Source of the DNA: an uncultured Actinomycetes bacterium
GTDB lineage: Bacteria; Actinomycetota; Thermoleophilia; RBG-16-64-13
Assembly: GCA_963706025.1 (NCBI GenBank)
Contig: CAVPLM010000010.1
Location: forward strand, 31,959-95,958
DNA length: 64,000 nucleotides
Reading direction: 5' to 3'
Below are positions 51,614 to 60,812 of this stretch, piece after piece. A program made the translations under genes and the position numbers. Position 1 is the stretch's first letter. Each line of letters begins with the position of its first letter. The notes beneath the pieces are model-generated. The model was given only the letters and a program-made list of their open reading frames with translations. It was not told the DNA's origin and made no database searches.

Positions 51614-53794
51614 TTATCTAGTAGGCGCCCAGCCGGCGCCGGTGTTCGCGGTGGCGGGCGCAACGGCGGCGCTCTCAGGTAAGGCCGTCTCTGCCCACAG
51701 GCCGGCGCCGGTGGCGACCAGCGCACCCGGGGCCGGCTCATCGATGCCCCCGGAGGCCATCCCGGGGCTCCCGCCGGCGGAGCCCCGCTCCTCGCGGCGC
51801 GGCAGCGCGATGGTGAAAGTCGTGCCCCGGGGCCCGGCGGAAGGATCGGCGTTCGACTCCACCGTGATCTGTCCCCGGTGCATCTTGACGATGCCGTGGG
51901 TGACCGCCAGTCCGAGGCCGGTGCCCATGCCCACTTGCTTGGTGGTGAAGAACGGGTCGAACAGTTTGGCCATGTTCTCCTTGGCTATACCTTCTCCCGT
52001 GTCGGAGACCCGGATGGTCACCGTCTCCGGGTCGTCGCTCAGACTGATGCCGAGCAGTCCGCCCTCCGGCATGGCATGCTGGGCGTTGCTGAACAGGTTG
52101 GTCAGCACCTGTACGATCTGGTCGGCGTCGATCTCGGCTATCGGGTCGGCGAGCTTGCCGCGCACCTCTACGGACACGTTCTCCTCTACCGGAGCCATGC
52201 GCACGACCTTCTCCACCAACTCCTCGACGTCCGTCGGTTGACGGACCACCCGGCTCTGGCGGGCGAAGTTGAGCAGGCCGGAGATGATGCGCTTGCAGCG
52301 GTTGGCCTGGTCTACGATGGTCTCCAGGTCCTCTCTGACCTGCGCATCCTCTTCGCACTCCTCGAGCAACAGGTTGGCGTGCAGGAGGAGGGTGCCCAGA
52401 GGGTTGTTGACCTCGTGGGCGATGCCGGCGGCCAATTGACCCATGCTGGCCAGCTTGCCCGAGCGCTCCAAGGCTTCCTGGGCGTCCTCGAGCGAGCGGT
52501 GCGATTCTTCCAGATCGTCGTACGCGGCGCGCAGCTGCTCGATGGTGTGAGGCAGGCACATCTCCGAGCCGGCCAGCCCGGCGTAGAAGGCGCGGGCGTG
52601 TTCGAGGCAGCTCTCATACCCGCAGGCGCCGCAGTTGAGCAGGTCCTCGGCTGTGAACTTGCCCATGCGGTGGAGGATCTCCTCCAGCTCTTCTGGAGTG
52701 GCCGAATCGCCCAGGGTCTGTTCGTCGACGTCGTGCTCCCGAGACAGGTCGAGGTTGCGATACTTCTCCTTCGCCCCCTCGATCTCAGCCGACTGCTCTT
52801 CGGTGTATTTGCCCAAACGGTCCCTGGCGTACGCACTCACGCGGGTCCGCCGCTGGAGCATGGTGACGTCACTGGTCATGCCGGCTCCCGCGTAGCAGCC
52901 CTGGCAGGCCAGTACGTCCAGAAGCCGGGTATCGGCGTGGGACACGTCGAACTCGCTGATCGTGTCGACGAACTCGTCCCTTCCCTCGGCGATGATCACC
53001 TCGCCGCTCAGGAGGTCTTCCTTCATCTCGGCGGTCTGTAGCAATCCTCCCGCGATGGGGAACACCATCCCCACGCCACCGTATGGGGGGTCGAAGTCGT
53101 CTTCGTCGGTGAAGGCCTCAGGCTTGATGCCGCGCTTTTCGAACATGTCTCGCAGCTCGGCGAAAGTGAGGACCGCTTCGATCTCGTGGTGTGTGAAGTC
53201 GATGGATGCGCGCTTCTTGGCCACGCATGGGCCCATGAAGACCACCTTGAGGTCTTGTCCCAGCTCGTGGCGCAACACCCGCGCCATGGCCACCATCGGA
53301 GAGACCAGGGGCGCCAGATTGGGCATGAGGCGGGGATGGTACTTGCGCACGTAAGAGACCACGGCCGGGCAAGGAGTGGTGATGTAGCGCTTGTCCGGAT
53401 TCTCCTCCAGCAAGCGGCGATACGCCTCCGCCACCAGATCGGCGCCCAACGACACTTCATGCACCGAATCGAAGCCGAGCGCCCTGATCATCGCCACGAG
53501 CTTCCCGGTCGGGATGTCGACGAACTCCGCGGGGAAGCTGGGCGCCACCATGGCTGCCACCTGCGCGCCCGACCCGAGCACTTCGAAGGTCCGTTCGGTG
53601 TCGTCGCGCACCTGCTTGGCATTCTGGCTGCACACACGCAGGCAGTTTCCACAACCGATGCAGCGCGGTTGGATGACGCTGGCCTGCCCGTCGACCACTC
53701 GGATCGCCTTGGCAGGGCATTCCCGCACGCACGCATAGCACATGCGGCACTTGTCGGTGACGATCGTTATGAGGGGGTTGTCCCAGGTGGGCAT
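51614..53794 (-). CDS. Sensory (group C-like) [FeFe]-hydrogenase domain fused to histidine kinase
   Basis: 2x4Fe-4S; variant H-motifs TTPCPAVV, GPCVAKK, DVLACQGC; FeS domain CGACGYESC..C; HEVNNPL, DTGEG, FFTTK, GTGLGL. Confidence 0.88.
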   Translation of the reverse strand: MPTWDNPLITIVTDKCRMCYACVRECPAKAIRVVDGQASVIQPRCIGCGNCLRVCSQNAKQVRDDTERTFEVLGSGAQVAAMVAPSFPAEFVDIPTGKLVAMIRALGFDSVHEVSLGADLVAEAYRRLLEENPDKRYITTPCPAVVSYVRKYHPRLMPNLAPLVSPMVAMARVLRHELGQDLKVVFMGPCVAKKRASIDFTHHEIEAVLTFAELRDMFEKRGIKPEAFTDEDDFDPPYGGVGMVFPIAGGLLQTAEMKEDLLSGEVIIAEGRDEFVDTISEFDVSHADTRLLDVLACQGCYAGAGMTSDVTMLQRRTRVSAYARDRLGKYTEEQSAEIEGAKEKYRNLDLSREHDVDEQTLGDSATPEELEEILHRMGKFTAEDLLNCGACGYESCLEHARAFYAGLAGSEMCLPHTIEQLRAAYDDLEESHRSLEDAQEALERSGKLASMGQLAAGIAHEVNNPLGTLLLHANLLLEECEEDAQVREDLETIVDQANRCKRIISGLLNFARQSRVVRQPTDVEELVEKVVRMAPVEENVSVEVRGKLADPIAEIDADQIVQVLTNLFSNAQHAMPEGGLLGISLSDDPETVTIRVSDTGEGIAKENMAKLFDPFFTTKQVGMGTGLGLAVTHGIVKMHRGQITVESNADPSAGPRGTTFTIALPRREERGSAGGSPGMASGGIDEPAPGALVATGAGLWAETALPESAAVAPATANTGAGWAPTR

Positions 53795-54270
53795 CAGACC
53801 TCCTCGTCGGCGCTTCGGTTGTCGGCGCCGCAACTCGAGTCGCCGACCGACGCGCCCCGGGCGCGTCGGGCCGACAGCAGTCCGGCGATGGCGGCGATCA
53901 GCCGGGTGGGATCGAGCGGTTTGTCGAAGTATGCGTCCACGTGCATATGGGCCATGTCCTCATCCGAGCGGGGGCGGAAATCGAGCCCCATAGCGCTCGA
54001 CACGGACGTGGCGATGACGACCGGGATGTCCGCGTATCGTGGGTCTTCTTTGATGGTGCGGGAGAAGGAGAAGCCGGAGTCGATGCTGGTCATCATCAGG
54101 TCGGTGATGACCAGGTCCGGCTTCTCCGCCTCCATCCTGGCGAACGCCTGACGCGGCTCGGCCGCGGTGACCACGCGATAGCCCGCCCTCTCGAGGATCA
54201 TGCGATTGATCTCGAGGAAGTCGTAGTCGTCGTCGACGATGAGTATGAGTGCGGACGTGTCTGTAGTCAT
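53794..54270 (-). CDS. Stand-alone response-regulator receiver
   Basis: ILIVDDD, DLVITDLMM, ATS, KP. Confidence 0.9.
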   Translation of the reverse strand: MTTDTSALILIVDDDYDFLEINRMILERAGYRVVTAAEPRQAFARMEAEKPDLVITDLMMTSIDSGFSFSRTIKEDPRYADIPVVIATSVSSAMGLDFRPRSDEDMAHMHVDAYFDKPLDPTRLIAAIAGLLSARRARGASVGDSSCGADNRSADEEV

Positions 54271-54308
54271 GGCATCTTCACAATAGCACGGGTCGTTTTC
54301 CCCGCTCC

Positions 54309-56081
54309 CTATACCCGCTCCTTCTCCGTGTACTTGGTGTGCAACAACTTATGCGAGGTCTTGCCTAACGGCTCACCCAGGAACTCGTCGTAGAGGGCCA
54401 TCACTTCCGGGTTCTCGTGCGACTTGCGCAGCTCGCGCCCCTCGTCCTCGGCATAGATGGCACGGATACGGGCCTGCCGCACCGCGTCCGAGGTCAGACG
54501 GGGTTGGCCGCCGCCGCCGATGCAGCCACCGGGGCAGGTCATCACTTCGACGAAGTGGTAGGCCTTCTCGCCGCTGCGGACGCGGTCGATCACCTTCTGG
54601 GCGTTGGCCAGCCCGTGAGCCACGGCCACGTTGAGCGTCGCTCCTTTCAGAAACTCCCACTCCGGAGTGGTCCGCTCGATGGTTACCGAGGCTTCCTTGA
54701 CGCCGTCGAGACCGGCGATGGGAGTGACGTGCAGGTTGGCGAAGGGGAAGGACTCGCCGGTGACGATCTCATACGCCGTCCGCAAGGCCGCCTCCATGAC
54801 CCCGCCGGTCACGGCAAAGATATCCGCCGCCCCGGTCGAGATGCCGAGGGGCTTGTCCATCTTGTCGTCGGGAAGGCTGGTGAAGTCGATGCCGGCCTGT
54901 TTGACCATGCGGGCCAACTCGCGTGTGGTGAGGACCATGTCGACGTCGGGTACACCATCGGACCCCATCTCAGGGCGGGCGCACTCGAACTTCTTGGCCG
55001 TGCAGGGCATGACCGATACCACCACGATATTCTCGGGCTTGATGCCGAGCTTCTTGGCGTAGTAGGTCTTGGCCAGGGCGCCGAACATCTGCTGGGGCGA
55101 CTTGCACGTGGACAGGTTGGCGAGCATGTCTGGGTTGTAATGCTCCATGTAGTTGATCCAACCCGGGGAGCAGCTGGTGAACATGGGCAGGGCCACCTGC
55201 TCGCCGTCCACCAGGGCCTTCTTCAGCCGGGTCAGGAGTTCCGTCCCCTCTTCCATGATGGTGAGGTCGGCGGTGAAGTTGGTGTCGAACACCGCGTCGA
55301 AACCCAGACGACGGAGGGCCGCCACCATCTTGCCGGTGACCACAGTGCCGGGCTCGTAACCGAACTCCTCTCCGAGCGCTCCCCGGATGGCAGGAGCGGT
55401 CTGGACGATCACATGTTTGCTCGGGTCGTCCAGCGCAGCCCACACTTGTTCGATGGCGGTGTGCTCGGTGATAGCCCCGACCGGGCACACAGCGGCGCAC
55501 TGGCCGCACTGCACGCAGGTGACGTCGCTTAAGTTGCTGGCGAACGCCGGGCCGATGAGAGTGGTGAACCCCCGGCCCTGTGGGAAGAGCGCGCCCACAC
55601 CCTGGATCTCGTTGCAGACGGTGACGCAACGACGGCAGGACACGCACTTGCCGGTGTCTCGCACCAGCGCGGGGGTAGTGGAATCGCTCATCTTCCGCGT
55701 CTTCTCACCCGCATAGGGGATGTCGGTGATATGCAGGTCGATGGCCAACTGGCGGAGCTCGCAGTCGCCGCTGCGGACACACGTCTGGCAGTCTCCGTCG
55801 TGCTCCGAGAGCAACAGTTCGAGGACCGCCCTCCGCCCCTCGCGCGCGCGGTGGGTGTTGGTCCTCACCACCATGCCGTCGTCCGCCGGCTGAGCGCAGG
55901 ACGCGACCAGCGTCCGCGCTCCCTCGACTTCCACCAGGCACAGGCGGCAGGCGCCGATGGTCTGTACGCCCTCCAGGTAGCAGAGCGTGGGTATCTTGGC
56001 GCCGGCCTGGCGGCAGGCATCCAAGAGGGTGGTGCCTTCCGGCACCTCGACTTTGATGTCGTCTACAGTGAGGACTGGCAT
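54309..56081 (-). CDS. hydA: Group A [FeFe]-hydrogenase catalytic subunit (module 1)
   Basis: FTSCSPGW, MPCTAKKFE, EVMTCPGGCIGGGGQP; accessory Fe-S domains. Confidence 0.96.
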   Translation of the reverse strand: MPVLTVDDIKVEVPEGTTLLDACRQAGAKIPTLCYLEGVQTIGACRLCLVEVEGARTLVASCAQPADDGMVVRTNTHRAREGRRAVLELLLSEHDGDCQTCVRSGDCELRQLAIDLHITDIPYAGEKTRKMSDSTTPALVRDTGKCVSCRRCVTVCNEIQGVGALFPQGRGFTTLIGPAFASNLSDVTCVQCGQCAAVCPVGAITEHTAIEQVWAALDDPSKHVIVQTAPAIRGALGEEFGYEPGTVVTGKMVAALRRLGFDAVFDTNFTADLTIMEEGTELLTRLKKALVDGEQVALPMFTSCSPGWINYMEHYNPDMLANLSTCKSPQQMFGALAKTYYAKKLGIKPENIVVVSVMPCTAKKFECARPEMGSDGVPDVDMVLTTRELARMVKQAGIDFTSLPDDKMDKPLGISTGAADIFAVTGGVMEAALRTAYEIVTGESFPFANLHVTPIAGLDGVKEASVTIERTTPEWEFLKGATLNVAVAHGLANAQKVIDRVRSGEKAYHFVEVMTCPGGCIGGGGQPRLTSDAVRQARIRAIYAEDEGRELRKSHENPEVMALYDEFLGEPLGKTSHKLLHTKYTEKERV

Positions 56082-59000
56082 TACTTCACGTCTCCTTGGG
56101 TATCGGCGACAGTCGCCGCCTCGGCGCCGGCCGTCGTGGCCCCCACCGGGATCTTGCCGTAGTCGCAGCGCAGGCAGCGCTTGGCCTCGGCGCAGGCGGT
56201 GTCGAGGTTCCAGGACAGCTCCACTTCATCGAAGGTGCAGGCCCGGGCCTCGGGGTCGAGGCACACGACCCCGGCCCGCGGAGTCTCCACCGGGTCGGCG
56301 TCGGGATCGAAGAACACGTCGACCGCGATGTCGCGACGCCAGAAGGCGTGGTTGGCTCCGGTGAGGAGCTGGTCGATGGCCACGGCGGCCCGCTCGCCCG
56401 CGCCCACGGCTTCTACCACCGAGGCCGGGCCGGTGACCGCGTCCCCTCCGGCGAAGAGCCACTCCACACTGGTGGCGCCGGTGGAGCGATCGGTCTTGAA
56501 CCAGCCGTTCTGCAGCTCCACCGGCATGTCACCGACGAGCTCCTGAGCGTTGAGCGACTGGCCGACGGCCGCGATCACGTGGTCGCAGAGCACGGTGAAG
56601 TCGGGATTGCGCCCGGCCACCGGACGGCGCCGGCCGCTCCTGTCGTAGTCGCCCAGGGCCATCTGCTGGCACAGGACGCCGGTGAGCTTACCGGTGGCGT
56701 CGCGAAGGATCTGCTTGGGCGCGGTCAAGGGCAATACGGTGATGCCCTCCTCGTCGGCGGCCAGGATCTCCTCGGCCCAGGCGGGCATCTGCTCGCGCTG
56801 GCGCCGGTAGAGGATGGTCACGTGGTTCGCCCCGAGGCGGAGAGCCGTGCGCGCGGCGTCGATGGCTGAGTTACCGCCTCCGACGATGGCCACCTCTTTG
56901 CCCACCCAGGTGGTGCCGTGCACGTTGTATTCGCGCAAGAAGGTGAGACCATCACTGACTCCTGCGCCTCTTTCCCCGGGGATGCCCAGAGCGATGCCCG
57001 CGGGGGCTCCTACACCGAGGAACACCGCCTCATAGCCTTCGGCGCGCAGACCTGCGAGTGTCAAGTCGCGCCCCAGAGCCTTGCCGGTCTCGATCTTGAC
57101 GCCCAGGCTCTCGATCATGCTGATCTCGCGTCCCAGCTCTTCCCGGGGGAGCCGGTAGGCCGGGATGGCCTGCACCAGCATGCCGCCCGGGCTGGGCTCT
57201 TTCTCGAAGATGGTGGGCGCATATCCGAGCCGGGCCAGGAAATAGGCGCAGGACAGGCCGGCCGGACCGCTCCCGACGATCGCCACCTTCTTCGCGGCGT
57301 TCTCGGCGCTCGCGCGGACCTCCGGCACTTGGACCTCGGTCTCTTGCTCGGTCATGAAGCGCTTAAGGCTGCGGATGGCCACCGATTCGTCGAGGGAGGC
57401 ACGCTGGCACTTACTCTCGCAGGGATGGAAGCACACCCGGCCGCAGATGCTGGCCAGGGGGTTGCGCTCCCGGTGCAGCTTGAGGGCCTCGTCGAAGCGC
57501 TTCTCGCCGATGAGGCTGACGAAGCCGGGCACGTTCACATCGGCCGGGCAGGCGTTGGTGCACCGGGCGGTGAACATGGTCGAGCAGACGCCCGCTTCGC
57601 AGTAGTGGTCCTTGATGTGGGCCTCGTACTCGTGGCGGAAGTGGCGGATCGTGGACAGCACCGGGTTGGCGGCCGTCTGCCCCAGACCGCACAGAGCGGT
57701 GTCTTTGATGATGTTGCCCAGGTCGATGAGCCTCTCGATGTCGCCCTCTTCGCCCTCACCGTTGCAGATGCGGGTGACGATCTCGAGCATGCGCTTGGTC
57801 CCCACCCGGCAGGGCGGGCACTTGCCGCAGCTCTCGTCCTGGATGAAGTCGAGGAAGTAGCGGGCCACGTCGACCATGCAGCTGTCGTCGTCCATGACGA
57901 TGCAGCCGCCGGAGCCCATGATGGCGCCGAGCTCCTGCAGGGTCTCGTAGTCGACCGGGATGTTCAGGTCGGTCTTGGGGATGCAGCCCCCGGAGGGACC
58001 GCCCAGCTGCACGGCCTTGAGTTCCTTGCCATCCGGCACGCCGCCGCCGATCTCGTATACGATCTCGCCCAACTGCACCCCGATGGGCACCTCCACCAGG
58101 CCTGCATGCTGGATGGCGCCGCCGAGCGCGAACACTTTGGTGCCCTTGCTCTTCTCTGTGCCGGTACTCGCGTACCACTCAGCCCCTTTCAGGATGATGG
58201 GGGCGATGTTGGCGAAGGTCTCGACGTTGTTGAGCACGCTGGGTTTGTCCCAGAGGCCCTTGACCGCGGGGAACGGGGGACGGGGCCGGGGCTCGCCGCG
58301 TTGCCCCTCGATGGAGCGCATGAGGGCGGTCTCCTCACCGCAGACGAACGCGCCGGAGCCCATGCGGATCTCGAGGTCGAACTCGAAGCCGGTCCCCATG
58401 ATGTCGGTGCCCAGGAGCCCCAGTTCCCGCGCCTGGTCGATCGCGTACTGGAGCCGCTCGACCGCCAGCGGATACTCGGCGCGCAGATAGACGAATCCTT
58501 GCTTCGCGCCGACAGCATAGGCCCCGATGGCCATGCCTTCGATAAGGCTGTGCGGGTCGCCTTCCAGCACCGACCGGTCCATGAAGGCGCCGGGGTCACC
58601 CTCGTCGGCGTTGCAGATGATGTACTTGACGTCGGACTCGGTCTGCCGGGCGAACTTCCATTTGAGCCCGGTCGGGAAGCCGGCGCCGCCGCGGCCGCGC
58701 AGGCCGCTGCGGAGCACCTCGCTCACCACGTCGGCCGGTTCCATCTCGGTGAGGACCTTGGCCAGGGCCTGGTAGCCCTCGCGGGCGATGTACTCCTCGA
58801 TCTTGAGCGGGTCGATGATCCCGGAGTTGCGCAGGACGATCTTGACCTGCCGGTTGAAGAACTCCACGTCGCCCATCTCGGCGACCGTCTTGTCGGTACC
58901 CGGGGCGTGGCTCACCAGCCGCTCTACGATCCGGCCTTTGAGCAGGTGCTCCTCCACGATCTCGTGGACGTCTTCTATCTTGACGTTCTGGTAGAAGACC

Positions 59001-59191
59001 CCGTCCGGGTAGACGAGGATCACCGGTCCTACGGCGCACGGTCCCAGGCAGCCGGTCTCGACGACCCGGTTCTCCTGGGCCAGGCCCATGTCTTCCAGTT
59101 CTTTGCTGAAGGCGGCGCTGACTTCGAGCGCCCCCGATGCGATGCACCCGCCCCCCGTGCAGACGAGGACGTGGTTCTTGATGTGATCCAT
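56081..59191 (-). CDS. hydB: HydB/NuoF subunit fused to GltD/NfnB-like FAD oxidoreductase
   Basis: Trx-like 2Fe-2S; ADEGDPGAFMDR, GAFVCGEE, GGPSGG; then CTNACP, CGRVCFHPCESKC, GSGPAG, GGGNSAID, AGGD. Confidence 0.9.
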   Translation of the reverse strand: MDHIKNHVLVCTGGGCIASGALEVSAAFSKELEDMGLAQENRVVETGCLGPCAVGPVILVYPDGVFYQNVKIEDVHEIVEEHLLKGRIVERLVSHAPGTDKTVAEMGDVEFFNRQVKIVLRNSGIIDPLKIEEYIAREGYQALAKVLTEMEPADVVSEVLRSGLRGRGGAGFPTGLKWKFARQTESDVKYIICNADEGDPGAFMDRSVLEGDPHSLIEGMAIGAYAVGAKQGFVYLRAEYPLAVERLQYAIDQARELGLLGTDIMGTGFEFDLEIRMGSGAFVCGEETALMRSIEGQRGEPRPRPPFPAVKGLWDKPSVLNNVETFANIAPIILKGAEWYASTGTEKSKGTKVFALGGAIQHAGLVEVPIGVQLGEIVYEIGGGVPDGKELKAVQLGGPSGGCIPKTDLNIPVDYETLQELGAIMGSGGCIVMDDDSCMVDVARYFLDFIQDESCGKCPPCRVGTKRMLEIVTRICNGEGEEGDIERLIDLGNIIKDTALCGLGQTAANPVLSTIRHFRHEYEAHIKDHYCEAGVCSTMFTARCTNACPADVNVPGFVSLIGEKRFDEALKLHRERNPLASICGRVCFHPCESKCQRASLDESVAIRSLKRFMTEQETEVQVPEVRASAENAAKKVAIVGSGPAGLSCAYFLARLGYAPTIFEKEPSPGGMLVQAIPAYRLPREELGREISMIESLGVKIETGKALGRDLTLAGLRAEGYEAVFLGVGAPAGIALGIPGERGAGVSDGLTFLREYNVHGTTWVGKEVAIVGGGNSAIDAARTALRLGANHVTILYRRQREQMPAWAEEILAADEEGITVLPLTAPKQILRDATGKLTGVLCQQMALGDYDRSGRRRPVAGRNPDFTVLCDHVIAAVGQSLNAQELVGDMPVELQNGWFKTDRSTGATSVEWLFAGGDAVTGPASVVEAVGAGERAAVAIDQLLTGANHAFWRRDIAVDVFFDPDADPVETPRAGVVCLDPEARACTFDEVELSWNLDTACAEAKRCLRCDYGKIPVGATTAGAEAATVADTQGDVK

Positions 59192-59242
59192 ATCAGATTC
59201 CCTCGTTATAGATTAGAGCGCGCACGCTTGGCACGGCAGGTT

Positions 59243-59627
59243 CTAGGCCGACTTGACAAGATAGGCCGACACCGGGGTGCCGCCCACCAGATGCGATCTC
59301 CACGATCTCGTGCACCTTGTCCCGGCTTTCCAGATGCCCGTAGTGGAACACGCCGCCGTCGGCGAACTGCACCGTGGCCATCGGCTCCATCTCGCACAGG
59401 CCGGCACAGCCGGACTGGTGGATGGTCACGTTGTCGAGCTTCGCGTCGGCTATCTCGCTGAAGAAGGCGACCACCACGTCCCGAGCCCCGGCGGCTATTC
59501 CGCAGGTGCCCATGTGGACCGTGACCTTGATCTCCTTGGCCCCCGAACGCAGGTCGATACCCTCCTTGGCCTTGCCGGCCATGGCCAGCAGCTCCGCAGG
59601 GCTCTTGATCTTCTCGGGCATGATCAC
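59243..59627 (-). CDS. Thioredoxin-like [2Fe-2S] ferredoxin subunit (HydD/HndB-like; 3' frameshift)
   Basis: VHMGTCGIAAGAR, SGCAGLCEMEP; shifted end HLVGGTPVSAYLVKSA*. Confidence 0.85.
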
Positions 59628-60220
59628 ATGCTCCTTTCGCCGGCTCCGACCGCGACGGGCTCACCCGCTGCGGGTTCCGGGCAGTACTGGACGAGGATCG
59701 CGTTCACTCGAGCGGGCTTGACCCGATGGTGGACGATGTCGTTGACCGTGATGACCGGGGCCAGTCCGCAGGCGCCGAAGCAGCGCGCCACCTCGAGTGA
59801 GAATTCCCGGTCTTCGGTCGTTTCGCCCACGTCGATCCCCAGTTCCTTTCTCAAGGCGTCGAGGACGGCCATGCTGCCGCGCACGTAGCAGGCCGTACCC
59901 AGACAGACGCGGATGAGGTTGCGTCCCCGCGGTACGGTCGAGAAGAACGAGTAGAAGCTGACGACCCCCGCCACCTCGCTGTAGGGCTTGTCCATCCTCC
60001 TGGCGATGTGCTTGAGAGCGACCTCGGGAAGGTACCCGAAGATCCCCTGGGCCTGCTGCAACACGGGGATCAGCGCACCCGGCCGGTCCTCGTAGCGGTC
60101 GATCACTTCGTCGAGCCGGGCGAGCAGCTCCTCTTCGGATGCCTCCTCGCAGCACCCCGAACAGCCGCCGTGTGCGCCGTTTGTTCCGTTAGTTTTCTCG
60201 GTCTCGTCGGGCATCCTCAT
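59624..60220 (-). CDS. hydC: NuoE/HydC-like 2Fe-2S subunit (module 1)
   Basis: LIPVLQQAQGIFGYLP, CLGTAC, CFGACGLAP. Confidence 0.93.
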   Translation of the reverse strand: MRMPDETEKTNGTNGAHGGCSGCCEEASEEELLARLDEVIDRYEDRPGALIPVLQQAQGIFGYLPEVALKHIARRMDKPYSEVAGVVSFYSFFSTVPRGRNLIRVCLGTACYVRGSMAVLDALRKELGIDVGETTEDREFSLEVARCFGACGLAPVITVNDIVHHRVKPARVNAILVQYCPEPAAGEPVAVGAGERSM

Positions 60221-60314
60221 AACCCCCTTAGGTCGTTTCTCATTCGCTCCATACGCTCCATGCGGTTCACACGATCTTGGTCCACGCGATCCCTTCCTTT
60301 GTGGTGTGGCGTCT

Positions 60315-60812
60315 TCAGGTCACGAGCCCCTCCGTATAACGGGCAAGCCGGTCGGCGCCCTCGGCGAGCGGCGCGTCAACGAGCGGTGGCTCGAACTCGT
60401 CGCCCGACAGGCTCACGGTGAACTCGATCTGGGGATTGGTCGCAGCCATGACTACCATCGTTGTGGCCACATCCCCCAAGGGGAGTCGGTCCACATGGCT
60501 GAACCTCATGTAGACGGTCACTCTTGTACCCCCCGAATACTCAGAGGGCCCGATGTCAAGACCGCCCTCCGCCGCTTCGGCTTCCGCTTTCAGCAAACTC
60601 AGCCCCAAGCCGGTCTTCTTGCCCGGCTTCGTGGTGTAGAAGGGGTCGAGAGTCTGCTCGGGGCTGGCGGTGAGCCCGTGCCCGTCGTCGTCCACGGTCA
60701 GCCACAACTCGTCGGAGCTGCGGTCGATGACCAGGCCTACGTCGACCCGGTCGGCCCCGGCCCGCACCGAGTTCTCAAGCATCTCCAGCAGATAGAGGGA
60801 GAGGTCATGCAT
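60315..60812 (-). CDS. Stand-alone HATPase_c protein
   Basis: MHDLSLYLLEMLENSVRAGA, DDGHG, DPFYTTK, GLGLSL, SHVDRLPLGD. Confidence 0.85.
   Translation of the reverse strand: MHDLSLYLLEMLENSVRAGADRVDVGLVIDRSSDELWLTVDDDGHGLTASPEQTLDPFYTTKPGKKTGLGLSLLKAEAEAAEGGLDIGPSEYSGGTRVTVYMRFSHVDRLPLGDVATTMVVMAATNPQIEFTVSLSGDEFEPPLVDAPLAEGADRLARYTEGLVT

Noticed and set aside
43072-59461. Long antisense ORFs (e.g. 43072-45456 minus, 56918-59461 plus)
   Set aside because: Shadow ORFs expected from high-GC codon bias opposite well-supported genes; no recognisable motifs
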